Shown here: positions 1 through 12,290 of the stretch, piece after piece | Layout: each line of letters begins with the position of its first letter | Numbering within the stretch: the stretch's first letter is position 1 | Assembly (NCBI GenBank): GCA_000708835.1 | Contig: DF237684.1 | Location: 1 to 39,970, forward strand | Direction of reading: 5' to 3' | Origin: Klebsormidium nitens | Taxonomy: Eukaryota; Plantae; Klebsormidiophyceae | Length of the DNA: 39,970 bases | The notes under the pieces: model-generated | Databases searched by the model: none | What the model was told of the DNA's origin: nothing | What the model saw: only the letters and a program-made list of their open reading frames with translations | Program-made: the position numbers and the translations under genes

Positions 1-429
1 CTATCTTCAGCTCGTATTCAACTCCTCGTATATCGTCTCTCCAGCCCGTATCTCTCTCATCCCGAGTCGCAGCGCCGCTTCAGCAGCGGTCCGAGCAAGA
101 GTCGCAGCGGATGGACCGCGCGAAAAGTTGCAGCGGATGGACCGCGCAATTCGCAGGATGCAGCGGGACACAAGGTCGCGCAACCTGGACACTAGGCCAA
201 ACGAGAGGCCAGGCGATTTGGGCGTGCAGCCACGCCCGCAAGCCACACCCGCCTGGGAATGTGAGCAAGGGGGGCCACTTACCTGCAGAGCACCCCAAGT
301 CAAAGGCTCTGCAGACACATGCCTACTGAACACACGTCAGCCGAACAAAGAAAAGCGACAAGCCTGAAACAAAGAGCAGGTTGTCCACAACTGGAGGCGA
401 GCACGGTGGGCAGCCTGGCGATGTTGCTA

Positions 430-1200
430 CAGGCGCTGGACAGTGGCTGATGTGACCGTCGCTGAAGCTGGCGCTGGTGACCTGGCGCCGGCGCAGTTGG
501 CGCTGGCGCTGGCGCAGACGCGTTGGCGTTGGTGCAGGCGCTGATGTGAGTGGCGCAGGGGCGCAGGCTGGCGCTGGCGCAGACGGTGTAAGCGACGGCA
601 GGGCTGGCTTGCAGGACTTGCGCGGCTCTGCACTCTCATATAATGGCAAATGTCAGCGAAGCCCTCAAGAAAAGGGACAAATCCCAGCAAACGTTGCGCT
701 CTTAGCAGAACTTTCACCCAATGCAACAACATGGGCGCGATTCTGGACCACAAGTGGCCGCAGTCAGTCTCTGGCAGGGGTGTGTCTGAACGTTGGCATG
801 GATCGCAGCGGTCTGCCAAGCAAGAAGCGCTCAGTCCCTACCCCTGTAAGCAACCTGGACTCACTCAACCAGAAATGGTGCCCCAACTGGAAGAGGCACA
901 AGCTGCAGTAAACGCATATGGAGCGCATACGCAGCATATTGGCAGCCAAATAATATCAGGAAAGAGAGACACTCCCTGCTGGCCATGAAGGCCAGAAGCA
1001 TGTGGGATTCCACGCCTTCATGTGTGCGTCCACTCTCCACCTCGCACCCGATTCTTTGTGCGAGTCATTGCGAGCTTGCGGCGTCGGCACATGTGCAAGC
1101 TCTCGGGCTGGGCACGGGATGTGGAGGCAATGGACGTTGAGGTTCTGATGTGCTAAGTGGTCACAGGACCGGTCACATGGGAGGCAGCCATGACAACGGC
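430..1200. pseudogene. Degenerate coding-like/retroelement remnant (Ala-Pro hexamer repeats; frameshifted CCHC-like knuckle)
   Basis: GCTGGC/GCGCAG repeats lie at ~465-590. At ~1150-1195, tgtgctaagtggtcacaggaccggtcacatg reads C-A-K-(C)-H-R-T-G-H-M only if a frameshift is allowed. Multiple stops are present. Confidence 0.25.
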
Positions 1201-4200
1201 TGGCTGTGCTACGCAAAAGAGAAGCGCCTCGCGAAGTGGTCCATGGTGCGACCACTCGCACAAAGAATGGCGAGAGGTCTCTGAAAGTCCTGAATGTCTA
1301 CGAGCTATACGAAAAGTCACTGGTGAAATGTAACGCTATATACGAACTGAGTCTAAAAGCTATACTGAATGGAAAGTGTCGTAACATCGCTGAGGTCCCG
1401 GGGGACCGAATCCCAATCCTATCGAACTAGAATTGTCGTCGAATGTCATGGAAAAGGAGGAAACGTAATGCTAAGACTGGATGATACTAACGGAGCTACA
1501 CAACGAAAGACCTGCAAGGAACGCCGAGTGGCCACAAGGGCCGTGGCGACATGCTGGCGCGCATATATCTAGGCGCTGCCAGTCGTGAGCCGTCAGATGT
1601 GGCATCGACGGTTATTATGCATAGATATCGTATCTAGATATTAGCGAGATTCGCCGCAACCCGGCAGGGATCGGTGCGTACCATATGCTTGGACTCGTAG
1701 TCTGGGCCGTCGATTGGCCGATATCAGCGGCGCTAGGAGCCGCGACGTTGTTAGAGGTGCGCGGTACATGCTCAGAGCGCTTGAACGCGCTCAGAATGGA
1801 CAAGGCCGCGGCGGTTTGACCGCGTCGTGGTCAAATGGCGCATGGCGCGTGCGCAGTCGCACGGCGCGCTCGATACAAAACGAACTCGATGTAATCGGGC
1901 ATGACAGATATGCTGGTAGAGCAAAGCACCCGCTTCAGGAGTGATGCGGCCGCGGAAGCAAAGAAGCAGCTAGCTGAGTCGCTGATGGCGTTATTCCAGA
2001 ATCCCGCAGCTGCATCAGCTATCCAAGGCCTCCAGGCAACTAGCAAGGCGCTTGAGGGCAACTCTTAGATTAGACTCGGCCTCTTTTAACAGCCACTCAA
2101 TTCATCTTGAAAACGTTCGCTTTATTACGGACCGTGCCCGATTAATGCATATCAACCAATAATGCGTGCAGGATGCATGCAACGCCGCCTCGATATCAAT
2201 ATGTGCCAAGACTATCGGCGACATGATTGTTTCTCATCTTGGGACAGTTTGCTCGGCCTTCCACATCCATTATCATTCTGGCATGATTGGCAGAATTAGA
2301 GAGCGGTCACACGGGCCCGGTTGGACAACACATGGCCAACGCCGTAATACTTGGAATGCCTTATAAAACTTTCAATACACCATCGTCCGGTTGCATTTGG
2401 CAGGTTGTGATATCGTAATCCGCTGATGGTTACGTTAAATGCACTAAGCATCAGCCCTAGTACTCATTTGGACTGTCCGGGCTGCAGGCAATGCACCCGC
2501 AATGCACAGAGGCGGCGCCATGCGCCGCTTAGTATAGTGCAGCGCCCGTGGTTGGCGCTGTTTGACTACTGTGAGCGGCATCCCGCCGGCCTTCGCCCAC
2601 CATACTAGTTTCGATGATCGACGGTGCTGAACTCGCTCTTCGGACCGATTCGCTCGACTCAAACCGGTCGATACGTTTTTCCTCCCCCTCAGTCTGTTAT
2701 GACCTTCGATTCATAATGCTAAATTGGACGGTGGCGCGGGCCCGCTTTTTCAGTTTCACCCGAGCACCCTCACCCGACCACTTCAAGGGTCTTTAATGTA
2801 GAAAAGTTTCCGCGATTCTAGTGTAAAATTTCGCTGCTCTCTGTCCATGCGATTGGCGGACAATTCTAAACAGAATCGGTCCTTTCGTATGAGAATCCAG
2901 TCCCTGGTTAGTGATTCTCTACACCTTACCTGCGACTCCGGTTAAAAGTTTGAGGTTAAGCTCGACCGGCTCCGCAATTTCGATGGTCGCCTACACCGCG
3001 AGACTGTAGTACTGTACGAGCTATTACCTCAGGTATGCATCATCAGGGGCTGTTCTCTTAGGACCTTTCGCATGCTTAGTGATCGGGTGTCTTGGAGCGA
3101 GAGGCTAGCGTCTCTGCCACCAAGGTTGCGCTGCGGACCATTAACACTGGTACATGTGCGGGCCCTACGAGGATGTAATGCTCCTGGATGCATGTAAAAC
3201 GGCCCCACCGTAGCCCCATGCCTTTGATAGTGCACGGGCTGTTAGAGAAGTCAACATCCCGTACCGTTTCGATCGGTCGCAAATTTGTTTCACCGGTGTC
3301 GCGACTCGCGACAATTTTTGTACGCAATACTCACGACCGTACTCGACGGTAATCGAGAATCGGGTCCGGGTTCATGAATTTGGACTTTTCTGACAGCTCG
3401 ATCAACGGGAAGTTCCGTATTTCTCGGCGGTACGGTACCCACGGTCGATACTTCAGTCTGAAATTTGAATTTCATGGTCTCGATCGGAACTTCCGACATG
3501 AACCACTTAAGGGTACCGCGGTACCCAGGCTGAAATTCAAGAGTGCAGGAAATGGAAACACTAGTGTTAGACAATGCGCATTTCAAGAAGCAACAATGGC
3601 GGTCAACTTTGCGCCGTATATGTTGCTTCTTGGGATTTGACCGCAATAAAGCGCTCAGCTGGAGCTTTCAAGGACCCACAATGACGCCCTCCTGAAGTGT
3701 CGCTATGCTTGTCAGCGCTTTTTACATGCTGCATAAGCCTCTCCTTTGAGCACCAATTTGATGCTTCTTTCAAAGTGTAAAGCATTACACTGTCTTACAT
3801 TTTCATCACACTGAGCCACGACCGAGCATAAAATTCTCAGTACTTGTACCGTATGTGTAACATAAACCTGAGTCGGCGTTACGCAAACCGCCGGTAATAC
3901 TGACGGTATTTGATACCGTCACTGACAAATTTGCGACGGTCCGAGTCAAAATTGACTCGGCCGTAACCCACCGTAGGTAGCTTGTGTTAATGGTAGCTTG
4001 TGTTAACGTTCTATCTGGCTATCTTGAATGGATACTCAAAGACCATCAAGTTAAGACTTTGCCTAGAGGGCAACCTACCCACATGCCTGGACGCAAGGGC
4101 CATACACGCGTCGACATAAGCATGTGATGGACCCCGCTCGATGCTCATTCTGTTGCATTCCTCGAAAGGTGCCGCATAGATTCTTCTAACTTTCTTGACA

Positions 4201-4336
4201 GCCGCTTGACTTTGCAGACCTATCAGAATCTGCGAGCCTAAAGACTTGGCGTGGAGAACAAATTCTGGAAACGTTAACAAAGAGGGTTAGCAAATGCGCG
4301 TCTTCAACAAGCATATTAAGATCTGCTTGCTCGAGC

Positions 4337-7300
4337 CTACACTATCCTCTCCAATTCCCTTGCATAACCTAGGGTCTGTGTTATGAGTTGATGTGAGGGA
4401 ATGTCCTTCGAAATGGCTTCTTCATTTATCTTCCGGAAGTAGATGGAGCCGTTCTTGATGTCCCAGTCACGCTGCAAGTGAAGAAAATCTTGTCAACACA
4501 AACAATCATTGCGTCCATGCATCACAACATCATATCGACATGCTCGTAGAGGAGATACGATTTTGGGATGATGTACTTTCAACAAACATAACACATTCAC
4601 CATTGAGACGAGAGGCCTGCAAACCCTTACCATCCCGGCAAAATCTGCGACTTCTTGATCCGTTTTCAGAAGCATCATCTTCTTGGCTTCGGCTAATGAC
4701 AGGAAGTCGTATGCTTTTTCACTGCAGCCCGCAATCTCGTCCCTGCAGGAAAGCGACCAAATATCGTCAGGATGCAGAGAAAACAGAAGCTTCAAGCAAA
4801 GTGAACAAGCTTTTGTGTTAGAAGCAGCCCTCCCAACAAAGGTAAAGACAATCGAGTCAGAACTCCGTTCAAAAGGGTCGCTAAGTTGTGAAACGCAGAG
4901 ATTGTGCTCACAGCTTGGCACACAGAAGGTGTTGCTCGAATACGGCGCTCGCAAAGACCAGAGGAACTTTGAAGAGGCGGCTGACATCCATCACGGTCGG
5001 CCACTTGCTTCACGATCTTTGTCACAGCTCACATCGGAGACCCGTGGCATTTATCCAAAGCCTAGACGGAATGTTGTCCAAAGCCAATACAACTTCATAT
5101 CAAGCTCAATAGAAGTGCGACTCGACTGCCTACAAAATCAACACATGAAGCGTTGTAAGATGTGAAGAAGGCTTATTCATTCTGACAGATTCGATGCAGA
5201 TCTGAACAGGTAGCTAAGGTGGTTTCAAAACGCATGATCCACGAGAGACCTGTTCTATGTAATTGACTGGCCCTGATTCCGACAACCGGTCTGCAAGCTC
5301 CCTTACCTAACGGTATCAAGGAGCAGGTTTACAAAGAACGCGTAGCTCTGGTCGGGGAGGTTCGTCCGCGAGTTGAGGACCTTTTGGTATGCGCCCTCCA
5401 TCAGGGACTGCTCCAGCTCGATGGCATAACGAATGAAAGGACTGCTGTGCTGTGCGGAGGGAATCAGCTCCAGCTCGGTGTGGAACTCGGAGATACGGTT
5501 TTGGACTAGCAGGCGCAGCAAGTTTAGGCCCGTGATCAGCTGCTCCCGGGAGGAGGGGGGTATGGAGTTCCTGCACACAAAACGGGGCTATGTCGGTTGA
5601 GGAGAAGCGCCGCTACTGGTTGGCTGATGCAAAATCAAAGGAACGAAAAAAACCTGAGTGGCCATATATCTCAAAGTGCTGAAACCTGAGAGCACACTGA
5701 GGAGGCAGTCGTAAAGGCAGATGAGCGAAGTTTCAATGCTATGACAATAATCTCCACTCATTAATGAGTCTTCAATGGTGCTATCATTCGCCGTGGAATT
5801 TCAAAGCTTACGGTCAGAGCTAAAAACGTTTTTGGGTTCAGAGAGAGAAACAATGCAAACAAGGACCAATTCATCAAACTCACCATAATAAGCATCAAAA
5901 GCTTTCGAAGGGGGCATACACTTGAGCAGAATGATTTGCAACCACTTTGCAAAGCCAACAACGAGCTCTGACCTTCACAAAGACCTCTTCAACAAGAAGA
6001 AGAGGATGCAATCATGAAGCCTGTAGGAAAACAAAGTTATTGGATTCTGCTACCCCGGAAGTTGCGTGGTAGAAGCAGCTGAACACCCACAACCAAATAT
6101 AATCTCACCGTGTATCCACATAGTACGGTTTCAACTGCAGAAACTGCCTCTCAAACCCAGCCTCGTCCTCTTTCTTGACTGTGAGAAGAACAGCGTACTC
6201 TAACACTTCTCCTGCAAAGTGGGAAAAGGGGCTAAGCGATCATAGTAGCTATCAGACGTGCCCTATCATGTACTCAAGCGGGGGATGTATTCTTAAGTAT
6301 GTCGGGATCATGTCCTCTATCTTCACCAATGACATGCGGTTGTCTGCAACATTTAACAGTATTTGATGTATCATTGACAGCCTCACAATTCCTTGCACGA
6401 TAGCATCTGACAGCTGTTCACAAGCAGAATACTGGTACTTTAAGTTCATTGGCCGAACTGCTAAGAACATGGCCGAACTGCTAAGAACAGTGTCATATGA
6501 ACTAGGTTGAAATCACTAATGTATGCTACAAGCAAGTTGCTCAAGAGGAATCGCGTGGACTTAGTGCACCGAGAACAGCTGCCTGAAGGCTTTCCAGGAG
6601 CGATTTAAGCTGTTGCTGGCTTCTGTACTTACTTCCAAGCGACAACTCCTCCTTCTGAGTTGGCGTCTTCTGAAACAGGGGTGGCAGGGCAGGGAACTGT
6701 GTCATACGAATCTGCAGAGAGACCAGCAAGGTTATAAGATTCCCAGAAACGACTCAATGTGCAATCAAGTCCGGAACCAACAGAAAGCAGTTGAGAGGTT
6801 TTGAAAACCCTAGATACTGGAATTAGATGCAAGCAGATTGATAAACTTCTCGCAAAACACCAACCGAAGCAGCTGAGCTGCTTGAGAGGATGAAACACTG
6901 CTTATCCGACCACTCTGCAGAGAGATGGCTCATTCGAAGCACAATTGCCCTGACTTCTGAGAAATACAATCTGCAGCCGCTACTTTTGTATCATCGGTGA
7001 TCAGATTCTCGAGGTATATTCCATCGCCTGCTTTCCTTGGCAGCCCGGAAATAAGCAAGCTTCGATTCATGTTGTCCTCAATTGCCAAAAATGAAGGACT
7101 TGCCACCTCAAAACAATGGCCCAACCGCTAGATGCATGCCACAGAGATGATTAGCCCTTGTTTGAACTCTCGACGACCATGAAAGTGCCAAGCCACCATC
7201 AGGACTAGCAAAATAAAAGCTCAATAGAGTCTGAAATGGGTACACCAAGCAGATGTTGAGAAGTTGTATACCTTCAATTGCCCCAGGTGCTGCTGACATG

Positions 7301-7376
7301 ATGCGACATCCCCCGATTGAAAAGAAGATCTCAAGCCCTGCAGCAACTTGCCAGCTTCTGCCAGACCCCTCTCCAT
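4337..7376 (-). CDS. RPN12: 26S proteasome non-ATPase regulatory subunit 8 / RPN12 (6 exons, 265 aa)
   Basis: Exons 7376-7272, 6711-6633, 6211-6109, 5570-5307, 4742-4631 and 4471-4337 all have GT-AG borders with matching phases and total 798 nt. Translation contains FLQLKPYYVD, GLNLLRLLVQNRISEFHTELEL, RDEIAGCSEKAY and the C-terminal YARELERIV*, which are hallmark plant RPN12 motifs. Confidence 0.97.
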
Positions 7377-9297
7377 GCTTGTAAGCAACGATCTGCTCAG
7401 CAACAATCTGCTCGACAGACACAACCTGGATGCGCCACCGTGCAGCTCTGGTATATCGATTCTGAAGGCTGAAGCTTTGAACAGCCTTCAGCAGCTCGAG
7501 CTCAGCATGTCAATTATTTTCAACTTGTGTCCTCTACCTAAAATCCAGAGCGCTGCCTGAATGTAAATGACACGATTAATACTTTATAGGCATAGAGCGT
7601 ACCGAAGGCATATCGAAGGCATACAAGGCTACAATTTGCATTTGGTATTGTATGTACCTACTAAACTTGAAAGTTGAAACGCATGAGTCATGAGTCAAAT
7701 GAGTCGTGACAAACTTTCTGCTACTTCACGTGCAGTGTATATGCCAGAGACGATTTACGAATTGAGGAGCAGCTTTCATCCATACGCGGATAACAAAAGC
7801 TACGTCCTTGCACGAAAACCTGGTCGGCCCAGATGGCAGCTGGAATTTTACATGCAGGACTGTGGATGCCCTCTTGCCTGCTGATCTCGCCTGTGTGTAG
7901 GATCACTTTTTGAGAGGAGGACGCTGTGAGTCTTGGTCTCCTCCTTCACCATGAGCTGATCCTGGTAGGATGGACGCCATTCTCTCACACCACCTCTCTT
8001 GCCGCGGTGTGCGCCCTTCTCGTCCGCAACGCTTGTGTCTGATCAGAGCCACCACCCACCACGATTTCGATGGATAAGTTCCATCATTGGGAAGAGGGCC
8101 AAAGTCACCAAGGCCCTGCCCTACACTGGGATTTGTTGGAAGTGCAGTCACTTGAGACAAACCTCTGAGGGCGTCTATGCTGGTCTCATCAATGCTGGTT
8201 TTGGTCATTCCGCGGCAGGCAACAAGAATGAAAGCCTGCGCATCAATCATTCTTGGATCAAGGGCGTACCCAGGCAACAAGAAAGTGCAATTTTCAGCTC
8301 TCGGTCTGCTTTGTCTGGGAGCGCAGAGCCCCGTTCGCCAGGGCGAAAATGTTTTAAAGGAGAGAACCAAATTCTAAAATCTGTGGGATCAGGGTGCGGG
8401 GTAAGTACACACTTTGAAAGCCCTTCTTTGGCGCCCTTCCCATCTAGCAACAGGAACGGCCGTCAGGTTACCAATGCTGTTGCCGGCGGGGTGATCGTGG
8501 GGGATCGGTCAGCTACAAGTAGCAAAAAGGGCTACAGCTTTCTCTTGAGCTCAAGGAGGAAGAGTGCGGCAGATCTGATGCTGACAGAGGGGGCGGTAGC
8601 CAGTTGCAGTGAGGCACAGGTCGTCAGTCAAGTGCTTGAAAGGCAACTGAGTGAAAGGACAGCGTCAACTAGCAAAGCACCTTACAGCAGTGGCCCAACA
8701 AGGAGGGGCAGGCTAGAAGGAGCAGTGACGTTAGAGAAACCGGATGGGAGGAGGGGTGATGGAGAGGCAAAAGCTGTTTCGCGGTCAGCAGCGCTGAAGA
8801 AGCTAGCAGAGGTCCATGACACACTTCTCCAGTCAGGGAAAGCAGAGGACTGCGCCAGGCTGGTGCAGTCAATTGCTGAGGAGGGCCGCTGGAGTGCAAA
8901 GCAGATCGACAGAGCCCTCAAAGGAGGCCGCATTGTAAGCTCCAAACAGAGGGGTGCTTCTCGGTCGAGAGGCCGAAACCGACTTAAGGACTTGGGCCCT
9001 AAGTAGCCTGGCCCGAAAAAGCTGGAATCCTGCACATTTGTGGAGGTATGGTTGGGGTCTGCGAAGCTTAGGTACAAGATCGAAGCACCATACCGCCCAG
9101 TTTCGCTACTTAGGAACATGGCGCTATCAACCATGGCACCGACCAGGCTTAGGGACATGAAACCCTGCCACCATGGGCATGTTCGTCGTTTTCCAGGCCA
9201 GTGCCATTTGCTGGCAGGGGGGAGAAGAATGGATATTCCTTTCAAAGTTTCAGAAGCTTGAAACGGTTTCTTCCAGCTGTACACAAACAATGTCAAA

Positions 9298-9933
9298 ATG
9301 TGTGGGGAGAGGGGATTCGAATTCATCTGTGTCGTGATGCTTTCTGGATATGGGTTGGTGGACGAGGTCCAAGGCTATTGGAATACGTGGAATAAGCTGC
9401 GTATGAAGCCTGAAGAGAATATTTCTGAATACAACGTGGCTTTTGAACAGGCACGTGCTGATGTGGCGACCGAGATTCAAAGTAAACAGGCGTTCATTGA
9501 GAGGTACAAGTTTGGCTTGCAGAAGGATCTGAGGGAGGCTGCTCGTGCAGCTCCATCTGGCAAGCGCTGGATTACTCTAAAAGATCTCATCGAATTCTGT
9601 ACTCTGCGGTGGCTCTCGATTCAAGCTTGTCTTGGCATGTCGTTGAACAAATCTGGCAGCCAGAACAACGGGTCACCATCTGTTAGGGTCGGTGGCAAGC
9701 GCAAGGCATTGTCACCTAACCGTCCTAAGAGGTCTAACAAGGCTTCATCTGAGGCAGAAGATTCTGGCAGCTTCCCTTGCTTGACTGACGAGCAAAAGTC
9801 TAGGAACATTTGGGACAATCTGTGCCACATCTGTGGAAGCCCATATCACTATAGTAAGACGTGCCCAAAACGCCGGGTTCCGTGGAAGAGTAGTAAGGGC
9901 AAGGGTGGCAAGCAGCAGAAGGATTTCTCTTAG
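9298..9933 (+). CDS. Retrotransposon Gag fragment with CCHC zinc knuckle (cargo of the TIR element)
   Basis: The Retrotrans_gag-like segment is LRMKPEENISEYNVAFEQ...FIERYKFGLQKDL. The zinc knuckle is CHICGSPYHYSKTC (CX2CX4HX4C). Confidence 0.85.
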   Translation: MCGERGFEFICVVMLSGYGLVDEVQGYWNTWNKLRMKPEENISEYNVAFEQARADVATEIQSKQAFIERYKFGLQKDLREAARAAPSGKRWITLKDLIEFCTLRWLSIQACLGMSLNKSGSQNNGSPSVRVGGKRKALSPNRPKRSNKASSEAEDSGSFPCLTDEQKSRNIWDNLCHICGSPYHYSKTCPKRRVPWKSSKGKGGKQQKDFS

Positions 9934-10289
9934 CTTCAGACACTAGTGAACCAGTGCTTGAAGCAGATTTGCATTTTGTAGATGGAATAGACATTATTTC
10001 TGAGGACTTCAAACATGTTATTGCCCTTGTTGGCAAAACATTTGATCTGGGAGTCCATAATACATCTGAGTCTATCTCCACAAAATGGTGTCCACAATCC
10101 AACTTCTTTGCAGAACGTCTCTCTGGCAAGCATGTCTGGTTGAATGCAAAGTCTCAATCTGAGTTACGAGACAAGCTTCTGTACTCCAAGGCACAGTATG
10201 CATCTGATCCGAGAAATACTTCTGGCTGCATTTTTCTTCTGTCTCGATGGTATTTCAAACCGCGATGCGCAGGGAATGGAGAGAAGTGA
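9921..10289 (+). pseudogene. Truncated 5' pol ORF in the -1 frame of gag, with a degenerate phage Dam-like N6-adenine methyltransferase domain
   Basis: The frame is open from 9921 to 10289. FDLGV...NFFAERLSGKHVWLNAK...DPRNTSGCIFLLSRW follows the FxLD...VWxNPPY...W layout of retroelement-borne Dam-like domains, but the catalytic NPPY is degenerate (NAKS). Confidence 0.55.
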
Positions 10290-11793
10290 TGTCTGTTCAA
10301 GCCTGGTCGGTGCCATGGTTGATAGCGCCATGTTCCTAAGTAGCGAAACTGGGCGGTATGGTGCTTCGATCTTGTCCCTAAGCTTCGCAGACCCCCACCA
10401 TACCTCCACAAATGTGCAGGATTCCAGCTTTTTCGGGCCAGGCTACTTAGGGCCCAAGTCCTTAAGTCGGTTTCGGCCTCTCGACCGAGAAGCACCCCTC
10501 AGGTCGACACGAATAAGGGCGAGCACGTAAAAGGCCCAAATGTGGATAGAGCAGCGTACGAGTTGGCGCTCTCCAAAGACCCAAAGCGTGGTGAGTGTGT
10601 GACTGCAAAGCGCATTCTATACGACCGCCCTGCATCCCAAAGCCTGTGATCTTTCGGAGCCCAGGTCTTAAAATCATGAGAAACGTATGGTTGTTGAAGT
10701 ACTCGTTTCGGCCTTCTAGTGACCATTTCTTATCGATAGGTGCTTTTGCGTTAGATGAGTCGATACAGATTGGCTTCAAAAGAAGAATCGCATGAGGCCC
10801 TTAAATGATTAGGACATGTCCGGTGGTTTCAAGATTATTGATATGTCCTTCTCAAGGATCTGGATAAGCAGGAGAGCAATCAAGGGACCCTCGCTTCCCA
10901 AAGAGGGTCCTAACTTTTGTGCGAGTCATGAGAAACATTGGATAGACTGTTGGTTGGATGATGTGCAACATCTTGACAATCAGGATAAGAACGGCCGGCC
11001 TTATTTGACCACCGAAGGGGGGGCAACCCATATGAGACGAGAGGTATGCGTCTCTTGATACCAAGTCGTGAGAAACTCGCCGTTGATCTGAAAGTGCGCA
11101 ACTTCAGCTTGCTCAAGACTTTGCAGATTACGGACGCTTCAGCAGGCGAATTGTCCTAACCTCTATCTTCCCTCTCCCATGTCAGGAAGAAGCTGGAGAC
11201 ACTAGCGTTGGCGTTCTTCGAGGAGAAGCCGCACGGGTTCAAGCCGCTCTCAACGGAGCGGCTGAAATGGGGCTGCTATCTGGGCAGCATTCTTGAACTT
11301 ATCATGTCCTCCAAAGGCAAACAAAAACTGAGCAGTGGCTGGAGGATACCTCAAACGCCCGGTACATACCGGGCTCTACCAGAGACGCGCTAGCGGAGTT
11401 GCAACCCGACTTGCACAGCAAAGACTCGCGCATACAAATTGACCATATTTGGAACAACTCCTCTGGTGGCCCCGATCATCGGTACAACTACTTCCTGTTG
11501 CCGGGGCCGGTCAACGCGGCTTTCAACAAGTTCATGACGCCGCAGAAGCTCGCGGGGATAGGCAGGAAAGCCGCAAAGGAAGCCATGAACTTTCTGCAGT
11601 ATGTCAAGACGGAGATTGTTTGAAGCTTACATGACGCGCACTGGGAGCTTTCGCTTATGTGGCAACAAGCAAGAGGGCGGACACTTGGGAAGGATGGTCG
11701 TGCGTGGAGCTTCCTTGGAGGTAACAAGAAGGGAGAATTCTTGTTTCTTTAAGGGAACTCGATGATAACATGATTAAACGACTCTCGCCTTGT

Positions 11794-12290
11794 TCAATTG
11801 CGTCGGAGCTCGTTGCCTTCTTGGGGAGTTGCCTTAGTGTGTCGAAAGATTTTGGGAGGTGGGACGTCGTTTGAGATGAGCGCTTTTGAAAAAGGCAGTG
11901 TTATTTGTGATACTCTATCGTGGTCAGGACCTGGACATTCGCACAAACACAGGCCGCACTTTCTGTCCCCTTCCGTCCCAATTGTTAGCTGAATGTCGGC
12001 AGGAGACGAAAGAGACGCTTGTCTGCCTCTTGCAATCACCCGAGGTTTTTGAAAGCGGAGACTATTGACTTTTCGAATCAGGCTCTTTTCACCCAAGTGG
12101 AAAGCCAGCTTCTATCTCCTCGTTGCAGGCAACCCGTCCCATCAAGGAGAATGTTTGACAGTCAACGTCTAGCGTCTATCGAGACTATCTCTGCGTCTCC
12201 CCCGTCTGTGCCAGTCAAAGGCGCCCTCTCATACCCGCTTAGCAACCAGGAGGACGCCCTTTGAAATTCCAGCCCTTCAATTGCAACGAA
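11794..12290 (-). pseudogene. Exon-like degraded coding segment of unknown family
   Basis: A frame reading ASSWLLSGYERAPLTGTDGGDAEIVSIDARR*LSNILLDG...WLSTWVKRA*FEKSIVSAFKNLG has in-frame stops and plausible splice sites. No recognisable domain. Confidence 0.25.

Larger units (their letters stand above)
8950..10499. mobile_element. Non-autonomous TIR DNA element (PIF/Harbinger-like by 3-bp CAG TSD) with 201-bp TIRs carrying a retrotransposon fragment
   Basis: 8950-9150 is the reverse complement of 10299-10499, colinear, with 2 mismatches found by eye. Termini are AGGGGTG...CACCCCT. CAG flanks both ends (8947-8949 and 10500-10502). No transposase is present inside. Confidence 0.85.
7970..11623 (+). 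pseudogene. Degraded multi-exon gene with C-terminal HNH-endonuclease-like motif, interrupted by a TIR element
   Basis: The long ORF 7999-8949 continues in frame after removal of the element 8950-10499 plus one CAG (SSKQ|VDTNKGEHV...KDPKRG|gtgagt). Further exon-like segments lie at ~10665-10739, ~10813-11043 and 11186-11623. The last exon encodes IQIDHIWNNSSGGPDHRYNYFLLPGPVNAAFNK. Stops or frameshifts (e.g. TGA 11294) prevent a clean model. Confidence 0.5.

Noticed and set aside
1-370. Gene fragment at the window start
   Set aside because: Several overlapping short ORFs on both strands and an 18-bp duplication (gcagcggatggaccgcgc) are present, but no recognisable domain or consistent splice model.
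2575-2612. Possible Helitron 3' end (short GC hairpin then CTAG|T)
   Set aside because: The stem is only ~4 bp, and no 5' TC end or Rep/helicase was found.
6252-6470. ORF with LVKIEDM resembling the RPN12 exon-3 region
   Set aside because: The true exon (REVLEYAVLLTVKKEDEAGFERQFLQLKPYYVDTR) is at 6211-6109 with correct phases. This ORF is intronic.
8949-10500. DIRS-type retroelement (inverted terminal repeats + gag + methyltransferase)
   Set aside because: A clean 3-bp CAG target duplication restores the host frame, whereas DIRS elements normally make no TSD. No RT, tyrosine recombinase or ICR is present. A TIR element with cargo fits better.
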